Below, piece after piece: positions 1 to 11,000 of a DNA stretch of 64,000 nucleotides; position 1 is the stretch's first letter, and each line of letters starts with the position of its first letter. The DNA lies in the NCBI RefSeq assembly GCF_964194025.1, contig NC_134482.1, positions 8,742,001 to 8,806,000 of the forward strand, given 5' to 3'. Source of the DNA: Convolutriloba macropyga (taxonomy: Eukaryota). Made by a program: the position numbers and the translations under genes. The notes below the pieces were generated by a model. The model was not told where the DNA came from, searched no databases, and saw nothing but the letters and a program-made list of their open reading frames with translations.

Positions 1-287
1 AAAAGTTATCGAACAATTTCCGAATCAATTCTGAAGAGCTGAAAATATTTTTCCTGAGCTACCAAATTTGCCACACAGGGATGTCTCCAGGTTGGTGAAT
101 GTTATATATAGGTACTTCAGGACGTGTTAAACAATGTGAAAATACACAAGGTGCAATTGTGGTTGTGTGACATATCCCAGGGAGAGGAGATGGGGGGGGG
201 GGGGGTGTTTGTGAGAAACAAAGTTAGTCTGGCACAAAACTAAACCTAGAATGGGTTCTGAAATGAGAAATGACCGGTATGACTAAC

Positions 288-477
288 CATCTGTAATTGC
301 ATTTGCAGGCGTAGCACTTCCACCCATGAAAGGTGTTGCCATGACTGTGTTGGGTGTAGCGACCACTTGTGTCTTGGGTGTCATACCACTGAATCCAGTC
401 CCGCCCATTATCATCGTGTTCTCTCCCCCCAACAGAGGAGTCTCTTGTTGACTCATCGCCAGCAGGTTGCGCGCCTC
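288..477 (-). CDS. CDC5L: CDC5L coding exon 9 (EARNLLAMSQQETPLLGGEN...TPNTVMATPF...AITD); gene continues beyond the left edge
   Basis: Acceptor ttttaaag at 478 and donor GTTAGT at 287. Translation matches the CDC5L TPLxGGxN and TP-rich region. Phase 0 in, phase 1 out. Confidence 0.88.
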
Positions 478-765
478 CTTTAAAAACGGCAGATTTTTTC
501 AAACAATTTGTATCGGCAAAGCAAGATTTAAATGTCGGTAGTGCAAACACCACGTTTTGATCGATAATTTGTTTTCCCTATAGTCAAATTTACGTCGGAT
601 ATTTGACTTGTTACCAATATAGCCCGTTCCTCAGTTACCCAAAAATGCTACAATAAGGATCAGAGCTTTGCTTCTGAGATCCAAAATTTCATTCTGTAAT
701 TTGAGACAACTTCATACGATAGCAGCAATTCCTCTAATTCGATTCAATTATTTTACACACTATAC

Positions 766-942
766 CTCCATGACGGTGTTCTGTTGAGCGGGAGTCTTTG
801 GCGTCCTTGTTGGCAGCCCAGGTCTGGCCTGTATCTGGTAGTTGTCCAGGAGCACACTTGAGGGGGTTGCCCCTCCCTCGCTTCCAGCCATCGATCCCAT
901 TTCCTCTTTCAACAATTGTGACACTTGACCCATTTTCACAAC
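766..942 (-). CDS. CDC5L: CDC5L coding exon 8 (VVKMGQVSQLL...TRTPKTPAQQNTVME)
   Basis: Acceptor tttgtctgcag and donor GTATAG; 177 nt, phase 0/0. Continues ELEQ|VVKxG and contains the RTPxTP motif of CDC5L. Confidence 0.88.
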
Positions 943-1275
943 CTGCAGACAAAGAAAAGAAAACTATTTTACTTAATCTATTCTGATCGGTAGCTGAACT
1001 TCAACGAACACTTCGTCTTAGTTCTAATTGCAACATATCTTACTGTCCAAAATCTTCAATATAAACGCTGCTATGTGAAAAGTTCAGAGTCCAATTTGTT
1101 AGTCCGGAGCCGGAAAATGTTGTTACCAAACAAACGATAAATCACAGACACGAAATGATTCTGCTAATCGCCAAAGACGTCATTCAGTTAGCTTCGACAC
1201 ACCAGCTCGGCAAAATCACCATTTGCGGATTGATAATTAATTGACAAAGGAAATGTCTAACAAAGCTTTTGGCAC

Positions 1276-1440
1276 CTGTTCGAGTTCCTTGTCTGTGACT
1301 TGTGGTTGAGGCAGCACAAGTTTGCTCCTCTTCTTCTCAGGCATGACTGACCCGTGTGTCTTGAGAATGGCAGCAGGCAAATCATCCTCCTTCAATTGCT
1401 TCATCTTTGCACGGTCTTTACGTCTCTCCTTCGCCTCAAC
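1276..1440 (-). CDS. CDC5L: CDC5L coding exon 7 (VEAKERRKD...KKRSKLVLPQPQVTDKELEQ)
   Basis: Acceptor tattgcacag and donor GTGCCA; 165 nt. Hallmark KKRSKLVLPxPQ...ELE motif. Confidence 0.92.
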
Positions 1441-1804
1441 CTGTGCAATACTTTATAAAGATTTAACAAAAAATGCAACGAAGACAGTATTACGCAACCA
1501 AAAAGAAACATCAGATAACTGAATATTGAAAGCCGAAAACTGTTCTAAAAATGGACACCATTGACACTACGAGAAGCCAATTTTATACATTTTCGTATAT
1601 TACATATACACGTACTTTTTAATACTTCATGCTATTACAAAAGATTAAGTTTTGAAAATTTTCTTGGCCCAAAAAGTATTGATCGGAGCCATGCAAACTT
1701 TTATCAACGATATTTTCACACGTTATCTTTTATGAACAAAAATTTCACAGGTCAGATTAACTGCACTGCGTTATCAACTCTATCACGAAATCAGCTTCTC
1801 TAAC

Positions 1805-1976
1805 CTCGTCTCTTGTCTCTCCATCTAAAGCGTTCTGTCTCAACCGATGAAAGTCAAACTCCTTATGAGCCACGTGTTCCTCAGCTGTGTCGAAGAATCC
1901 AGGCGCTGGTTTCTTTTCAAAGGGAATCTCGACGTTATAGTCCACTCCCCGCTTCCGGCGATTAAACTCACGCGGC
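1805..1976 (-). CDS. CDC5L: CDC5L coding exon 6 (PREFNRRKRGVDYNVEIPFEKKPAPGFFDT...LDGETRDE)
   Basis: Acceptor tatttag and donor GTTAGA; 172 nt, phase 2 in, phase 0 out. Conserved DYNxEIPFEKKPAxGF motif (overlaps ORF-track 1757..1945). Confidence 0.95.
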
Positions 1977-2466
1977 CTAAATAATGCACGACAGATCTCT
2001 CTACTCCATTTTCTGATGCATTAACTCGAATATTACCACTGTTTTGATCTTTGGCTCATAAATGTATTTACCGACTGATTCCCTTACCTGTATATTAAAA
2101 AAATTTACAAAAGCTGAAACTCAATATTTTGGGAAAAATAACACCGCATGTCAATGATCAGCATAGAACTCCATGAGTTCATGTGTTTTCGTTTATCTTA
2201 GCTGATAAACTGAGAAATTTTGATTCAGCATCCCATAAATTGTAACTACACGCCATTCATAATTGGCAATTCAATACCGTTATATTGGTAATCGTTTAGT
2301 TTCGTAACAACGAAGCAGCAGATCATTGCAAGAGCATATACCATCTCTCATACCATAAATTAAAGTCTTGACAGCTTCACAATCAATTGACCAAGGAACT
2401 AACTTGATTTAGATGATCATGCACGCTTTCTTCACCGACTATTTTAAATGAACAGTGACATAGCTA

Positions 2467-2667
<201 letters not shown>

Positions 2668-2669
2668 TC

Positions 2670-4386
2670 AAACATAACCGACTAACGTCGGGCGCATTGC
2701 TCTCAAACGACCGGTTGGCTTCGTCAGTAGCTAGTCACGGTTTAAAGAGGCTAGCTTTAGCTTGATTCGACTCTGCAACCTTTAGTTTTCTAGCCTTGTT
2801 AGTAAATAAATCAAATAAAAAACTGATATTTTAAAAATTTGCAAAATATTGCAAAACTTAAAAGAAAAGCTTCCAGATTTCGCAGTGAAAATGTTCAAAA
2901 CAATTTTTTGTCTCTGGAGTTATGTCAAGTAATCAATCTGCAAGAATTGAAAAGCTTCGTTGGCCAGTAATGATCTATAAACTCAGAGAAGGACAAAAAA
3001 TTTAAAAATTTGAAAACAATCATAAATTTTAATAGAATCTTGCTAAAATTGAAGATATTAAAATCTTCAAAACAATTTTGTTGTCTCAAGAGACTATCCA
3101 GTATCCCTATTTCAAGCTTTAAATAGTTTCACTGGCTCATAAAGATCCAGAAACTTGGAACATGATAATAAATTTCGGAAAATTCGAAAATAAATCTTAT
3201 CAAAAAATTGCTAAAGCTGGAGTCATTAAAATATTGATAACCATTCTATTAACTTTAGAACTATGCAACAGCTTATCATCAAACCTTGGAGGAGGTCCCT
3301 AGGGCTCTGTTTCCGGAAAAAATGATAAAAAATTCAAAAACATTAAAAAAAACTTGAAAAAATTACAAAAATTTTAAAAATTGCTGATAATGAAATCTTG
3401 AAAAACATTCCATTACATGTAGAAGCTACGCAGTAACCTATAATCAAACCCTAGAGTAAATTATAGGGCTCTTGAGACTGGAGAAACCCAAAAATGACTA
3501 AAAATTTCAAAATACTAAAAAAAATTGCAAGTTGCATAAAAACTGCTAAAATTTGTGATAAAACTTGAAAACTAATCCATGGCCGAAAGCATTGTCCCGT
3601 AACTTGTTATCAAATCCTAACGGAGATTTTCTGTCAGGCAGAAAAACCTGAATAACGACAATGTCGAAAAACTTGAAACAAAAATTGCAAGTTTTGTAAA
3701 AAAAAAGCTTTAATTCGTGGTGTTGAAATCTTGAAAAACATTCCATTACATTTAGAAACCATACAGTAACCTATTGTCAAGCCCAAGAGGAGGTTTCTCG
3801 TCTCTTGAGGCCGGAGAAACCTAAAAAGTGACAAAAATTTTAAAAAAAACTTAAAGTTTTATAAAACAAAAATCGCTAAAATTGGTCATAAAAAATTGAA
3901 AGCTATTCCATGGCATAAAATTTTTCAGTAACTCATTATGAAAATTCGTGATGTTGAAATCATACCCTAGAAATTATACAGTAAACTATTATGAAACTCT
4001 AGAGGAGGTTCTTTGACACCTAGGGCTGAATGGGAAGGAGGGGGCAACAGTGGGGTGGGGTCAACAGCGCGGTGGGGGGGGGGGGGGGGGAGGAAGGGTT
4101 TGGGCAATACTGGGGGGGGGGGGGGGGGGGGTCAACATTGGGGATGTCTTTAACCTCTAAGAACCACCCTTCACACCATAAGTATAAATCTCCAAAACAG
4201 TTCGAGCTGAAACAGAGCCGAAAGGCTCTAAGAGCACTTAATGCCCGCTGGGCGCTACCTGTTTGTCCCGTTTTTGAGGTCGAAAAGTCAAAAGCGTCAG
4301 ACGAAAAATGGGTCAAGCGAAAAATCGCATAAAAAAGACAGAAAGGACTAAAATAATTGCTTTTAACTTCGCTTGAGAGCAATTAA
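2670..4386 (-). mobile_element. Non-autonomous Helentron-associated element (HINE/DINE-1-like), complete copy
   Basis: Left end AAACATAA, then stem-loop CCGAC-TAAC-GTCGG (2678-2691), then ATTGCTCTCAAACGA (2696-2710). That motif is the inverted partner of the right-end TCGcTTGAGAGCAATTAA, itself part of an imperfect palindrome. Central tandem repeats and G-tracts. This is DINE-1/HINE architecture. Confidence 0.75.
2830..4020. repeat. Degenerate ~168-bp tandem repeat (~7 units) inside the HINE-like element
   Basis: Homologous aaaac(a)att(c/t)...(c)agt motifs at about 2897, 3069, 3238, 3401, 3568, 3735 and 3899; alternate units are more alike. Confidence 0.65.
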
Positions 4387-5959
4387 TTAACTCCTTTGTT
4401 AGACATCTCTTTATGGAATCTTAGACAATCAGTAAGTTCTCATCAGTTCAAATCTTGTACACATCAATTTGTCATTTGGACACAGCTTGAAATTGTAACC
4501 CACACAATCGGGTTTTCAATGTTGCAGTATGACCCTCATGACCAATCTGATCGGGTAGTTTGGTAGTTAATTTGTCTCCCCGCTCTTTGGGTGAGACGAG
4601 GTAAAGAAATTGCTCATTGCAACAAAACTAGCATAAAGTGCAGATATAATAAATTGCAAACAAACGTTTCAGATATTGAAAATTAATTACGTTTTGCATA
4701 GTTATTTGAATTGCGTCATTTATTCAATCCAGAAAGCATTGAGATATTGTTTTTCAGCCATGTGCGTACCATAAGACATGCTGAACTGCTACGAACTGAT
4801 ATCATTCATACGCTTGTCACGTTATTGCTGAAAGCAAGACAGCAAAGCACTTTCCTAAAGCAACGTAACTCGCCAACAGACTTTATGATAGAAACAAAAA
4901 GCAGTCAAATTTAGATTTTATACAAAAAAATTTCAATTTCAAAAAAGTGTATTCATTAACCAATCGTTCCAATATCAAATTTATTATGTTAAACTAAAGA
5001 TGTCCAAACAATGGAGTTACCAGCAAAATTAAGGCATTGAGCTTCTGGAAACCAACTAATAAAGTAATAATCTAGTATCAATGGACCCATTAATCAGTGC
5101 GTCATTCCTTTATATGGTTGTTACAGCTACACATCCTGACTCTCTGCTTACATTTTACAGAAAAAGATTATGAAATTGATTCATTTTTTACAAGGACAGT
5201 TGGTTCTAATGACCTACATCTTAAGTTATGTGCAGCAGTGTAATATCGGAATAAAATCTTTCACTGCGATCTTTCGAAATTTTGTGCTCAAAATAGTAAA
5301 CAAACTTCACCTCCGAAAAATTTTGCAATTAACACTTTGATTTCAACATTACAGTCGGCAGATTTTAAATTGCCGAATGAACATAAAGTTAAAAAAAAGT
5401 TGTGAACGTTTTCTAGTTAAATTGAACGCTTTTTTATGGCAATTTGAAAAACTGGTATTTAAACCAAAAACTTTGCTCTCGTGGAGACTGGGGGTAACTT
5501 TTTTTGAGTGCAAATATTAAGGTGCTCAAGTTGATTAAAACAAAACAAAGCTAGGGAAATAAGTTTCTCCGTAAAAAGAAAGCTGAACGGTTATGCTCAT
5601 CTGAACCACGAAACATCTGAAAATAATCTTGTTTAACAACATAGCTGGTAGATTGCTGAAAAATAATTGCAATAGCTTTGTTGAGATGTCTCGAGCAGCA
5701 AATTAATAAATGAGACCAAAGGAGGAATTTTTTTCTAATTATTGATATTTCGAATTTTATTCAGAAATTGCATGATTTACGAGTTGTCTTTATTAGCTGC
5801 CACTAAATAATCTCCAATTAGAGTGATATCTACTCAGTTGACCTCATCTCCTTCAATTAAAGTACGCCAAAAAGCTTTCAAGAAACGCCCTTTGCACAAT
5901 GAAATTGTCTTCTCAAAAACGTTTTGTTGAATAGCATTCTTGGACGGGTTAGGTGTAAG

Positions 5960-6118
5960 TTTCTAAGAGAACTTAATGCCCTTCAAACGTTACCTGTTTA
6001 TCCCCTTTGACGAAAACTTCTGGCGACGGATCACACGAAAAATCGGCCAAGCAAAAAGTCGCATAAAAAGAACTCAGGACTAATATAAATGGTATAAACT
6101 TCGTTTGAGAACAATTAA
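5960..6118 (-). mobile_element. Diverged 5'-terminal core of the same HINE-like family
   Basis: ctaagagaacttaatgccc...tacctgtttatccc...cgcataaaaag...aggactaatataa...aacttcgtttgagaacaattaa matches 4225-4386. Confidence 0.7.
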
Positions 6119-8032
6119 AAAGAACAGCTTTTAATTGTTCAGAGAGCACATATTGAGCAAAAACTAACAATAGCAAAGACGCAAGTCCCATTTCCTTAGA
6201 AAAATAGTGGTAACCAAGTCATTAAAATCGACATTACCTACTTTCTCAATTCTGTTCGGCAAATGTTTTGTAACTTCGTCGAAGAGTAATGCGAAAGCAA
6301 AAAGACAACAGATAAGAACCATAATAGCCATTTAAATAGGCATCTAAACCGTCAACTTTATTAGACACAAAACTATCTATCAGATGCCTTATAAAAACAA
6401 GAATAGAAACAGAAAAACGCTGCAACAAAAAATCACTGAACAGAAACAGCTTCATTTTTCATTGCTGAGACTGCGGAACAAGACCAGCAACTCAACAAGC
6501 AGCAACACTCAAAAACATGTGGTTAAAACCGCTATACATGAATCGAAAATGTGAGCATATTTACTTAAAGCGCAATAGATAGATAAGAAGCGTCATTATC
6601 GAAACTAAGTAGTAGAACAAAGAATCTAAATACGGGCTAACTAAAAAAACAATTTATATTAAAAAAAAAACAAGTACCGTCAAAGTTGTTAAAACAGTAA
6701 GATACAAATCAAAGCCAGTACATAGACTCAATTATGCCTAATCAGAGACCCAACGAGACGTGCCAATAACTACACTAACTGATAGAATAAAAACCTAAAA
6801 AAGTAAGCAACATTTTAAAATTGACAACATTTTAAATTTTCTAACTTTTCGAAACAAGTAGTGTCAGAGTTGTTACAAATGTTTTATATGAAACAAAACC
6901 ACTGAATGAAACGAAACCACTTTTGGTCATCATGGAGCCAATGAGAACTACCAGTCATGACACTAAGTGGCAGGACAGCCAACTATAAAAACGGACAAAA
7001 CTCAAATACTCAATATTTCATGAAAAAAAAATAGCGTAAGTCACGTAAACGGATAACTGCACAATGGTAAATTCAAAAACAAAGAGTACGCGCCAACTTT
7101 TAAAAACATTAGCGCCAGAGAAATCCCAAAAACCGAAAACTTGTTCAAACTCTGTTTCGGCACTAAACTTTAAGTCAGAAAATTTGATGCCCTAAGCTTT
7201 TAGCTCCTTTTCTTACTCTAGCGTGACTAAAATCAGTATTCTAATTTGCGTTTTCATTGACTACAAGTCAAAAAGGTGTTAACAATGAGAAACTCGAAAA
7301 TTTGTGACTTCAATGGAAAAACCAATCGACCTTTACGAGCCATAAGGACAAACATACATTAATAACCTCATTGAAAAACAAGACTAAACATCAAAATTTA
7401 TTTTGCACCAGAAAAACAAGGAGAGGCAAACAACAACAACATGTTAAAAAGAATTTCAAAATATTCTCGAAAGCCACTTGGTCTTCAGGATATCGGAAGC
7501 AATTTTGCGCTCTAAAACCTGCGAACAACGGCGCCCCGAGTTCAAAAGGAATTTGTGCGCTTTATAGTAAAGAAAGACGAGAAAGAAAACAAAATTTGAA
7601 ACAAAAAAAAATGAAAAATTCTTCAATTTGTCTTATTTTCCCAAAACTTATATTCCCAAGAACAAGTTTTAGTTGCAAAATGTGATAAAACTATTAATTT
7701 TCAGGCCAGCAGAAACCTTGATCTAATTGACAAATGGAAGACAAACATGGGTAACATTTATTAAACGGTCTAGAAATAGGAAAAAATATCATATTGCTTA
7801 AAAAGTTTCTTGAGGCTAATACATATCAATTCATTTGTTTGTTGCTGGAGTTCAAGCAACGAAAAAGTCAATACAGCCGTCATATTGACCAAAGAGTCAC
7901 CATTAACCCCACTGATCTCAGATGACATTCAAACGAGGCGAAAAAATTGAGAAAAATGGACGATAGCGCTGTGTCAAAAAGAGAGTTATACTAATTGCAA
8001 TTCAATAGTCTTAGGATTAATGAACACAGCCG

Positions 8033-11000
8033 ATTATTATCATTATTATAGGTTTACGCACCATTTACAAACTCAAAAGTGCTTTCAAAATCAAAGATTG
8101 AAAAATTTTTCAGTTTTTCCGATAATCAAACTCATGGGGTATTTATTAGTTTCATTTCAAAGGGCAACTTATTCCATTCAAAAGGAAGAACAAAGCTGAA
8201 TGATCTTCGCCCAAATGCAGTACTGAAAATAGGAACCATCAACTTGTTTGCATATTGGCATCTGGGCATCTTATCATTTCGGAAAACTAATGCGCAAAGA
8301 AACACGAAAATTTTCCACGGCTCGTGAACCAAACAACAAACAAAAAGTAGAATTTTGTAGAGGACACGTTATTTCATGAGTAGCCAATAAAATTGTTTGA
8401 TATAATTTGCTGTTGGTGAATCAGGTGATAGCCTAAAAATGAGACGACATTCTGAGTTCATTATACGCTGTAATTTCTGCAAACTATACACAGGTAGCCC
8501 ATAGTACAGTGAGTTGCAGTAATCTAGTCGCGAGAGAACGATTATCCGAACTAACTCAATCAACGACTTTCTGTCGAATGTATCTCTGATGGAATAAATT
8601 TTTCGCAGGAAATAATAACATCTACGACATACAGAAAAAAATAGTTTCGTATACGAAAGTCTGGAATCTAGGTTGAAGCGCAACAAAGTAACATTATTAG
8701 AAAAATTGGCGTCTGCTGGAAGTTCAATATCGCTATTTGAACTATTCTTTCTACAATTAAACATCTACTCAATCGGAGCTTAGCACCACTGAACCACTTT
8801 TGCAGAGTCGTAAGTATCAAATCAAAAGCCGCCTGATTTATCGAAGCAAAATATAAAACAGTGTTATCGGAATAAAAAAGATAATTGACATCAAGACGTT
8901 TAAAGAGAACTTCCAGCGAAACAAGATAGCATGAAAAAAAACAACGGGACCTTGAAGATCCTTGAGGAACACCCGTTTTTATAGTTCTTGGCATTAAATA
9001 TTTACCAGCAATCAAAACTTTGAGATCTACTACTCAGATAACTATTCATATAGCTAATCACTATCTTTGATACCTAAACTTGTTTCAAGAATCGAAAGAA
9101 GTAATTCATGATCGGGAGTGTCAAAGGCAGCTGATATATCAAGTAAAACAAAAAAAGAGCTTTTTGTCCTCTAAATTGAGGAGCAAACCATTCGTCACCT
9201 TAACGAGGGCTATTTCTGAAGAAAAAAAACTTCCTGTAGAATCTTTGGGATTTACTAAATCGACTTCTTTTCAAGGTGTTCAAGAGTTTGCATAAAAGCG
9301 CACCCATTCTAATAGGTTTAAAATATAACTTAGGTCTCAGATAGTTCGAAAACTTGAAAAATCTTCAAAATTTCCTTTCTTTAAGTGGAAAAAACCCGCC
9401 TTCAGCGAAAAATTAAGAAGTTTCAGGAGTTTGAGAAAATAATAATCTAGAAATGACCAAACAATATGTGTCGGAATGATGTCAAGTAGAGATGTACTGT
9501 TTGAAGACGCCGAAACAAAAATTCTAAACTAACTTATCGGCAACTCTGTGAACGAATTCATTGAGTTAACTTCAGATTTTAGGACCTACTGCAGTGGGAA
9601 TCGATGCAATAATAGATTCCACATTCGATATAAAGAACCCGTTGATTTTGTTTGCAGGCCGTTTTTTGTTACATATTTCGGGAGCTGTTCCACATTTTGA
9701 CCAAGAAGCGAATTTAAGATGGCAAACTTTTTACGGCTAAAATTTTCCATCTACGCATGCATTCTCAATGGCTTCATTAAAAAATTTTCAAAATACATAC
9801 CGGTAACATTTTCATATTCAGCTTTTAGTACAGATGTTTTCGACTTGCTATAATTTCGCTCTACTTTTCTCTTCTTTCAAACTCAAAAGCTCGTCGTCAA
9901 AAAATGGGCACTGATGATCAGTAAATGTTGTTTATTTTGAGTGGTAGAACGGAATCTAAAATCTCATCACACCTTAGTTTCATATCCCTTGCTTCATCAA
10001 TACTTGATGCGAAATCAAACTTTAAGCACGACTTCAGTAACTTCATAAAACCTTCACAGTCAAACTGCATCCAATTTCTATGAATCAACTGTCGTTGAGA
10101 TTTGCGTTGTTTCACATTATTGGGCGAGGAGCAAATAACGAACAGTCCGAAGAAGTAATGAAGCTACTCAATTTAACATTAATGAAAATATTGTTTGACG
10201 CTATAACATGCTCAACAATCCCACCACTTCTATGCGTTTTCTCGCAGACGTACTGAGTTAATCCGAAAACTTCAAAAATGAGATTCACATTTTCGATGCA
10301 TCGTTATTTACAGTCAGTGGAATGTTAAAAATCAGCCAGAACAATCTTGTCGAATTGTAGCTTTTTTTCTTCAAGAAGAGAATAGTAAAGTGATCAATGA
10401 AAGATTTACCTTTAATCCAGGTGGTCGATAAACAGCGATTAATAAATAGGTGGTAGCCCCATCAGTTAAAGAGGCATAACAGCATTCATGAAGCAAATTC
10501 TTCAAAATTTTCCAAAGGAGATCACATCCGTAAAAGAGGCAAATTCGACCTCCTCTTTTATTAACCCTTGGTGCGCAAAAGAAAAAAAATCTTTGGTGAC
10601 AACAATGCTGGAGAATAAAATCGTCATCTGAGTTATTCGTAATCCACGATTCTATAAACACTCCAAACTAATTTCATTTACTTCCGAGAGGGCATTTACA
10701 TATTTTGTTTTGTTCCTGACAGAGCGTACATTATGTAGACGAAATTTTAGTTCTGTAGATGTTTGTTTCGTCCGTTGTTTTAATTGAGGACTGGCTATTA
10801 GTCAATTTTGATCCACTTTTTTAGTCAATCACGGGCGGCTTCATTCAGGTATCTTGACACCATAAGGCTTTCCGACAAGAGAACAGTTAACACAACTTTC
10901 TAATCATCAAATTTAAATACGCAATGGAAAGCTTTCAGAAGAGCTTCTGACTTCAAAATTTGCCGAATATGAAGTAGTTCAACATTATTTTCTACACAGT

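Noticed and set aside
224-553. ORF-track 109-aa ORF (also 734..952, 23093..23347, 16971..17174 and the N-terminal part of 17175..17570)
   Set aside because: Wrong-frame or intronic read-through over CDC5L exons; the real frames are defined by splice sites.
4020-4382. Poly-Pro/poly-Gly ORFs (also 43044-43423)
   Set aside because: Translations of G/C homopolymer tracts in non-coding repeats.
4387-8030. Possible nested gene or ncRNA in the unexplained part of intron 4 (e.g. TCGGCA/TGCCGA hairpin at ~5355-5376)
   Set aside because: No recognisable protein, tRNA, snRNA or snoRNA motifs by eye; left unannotated.
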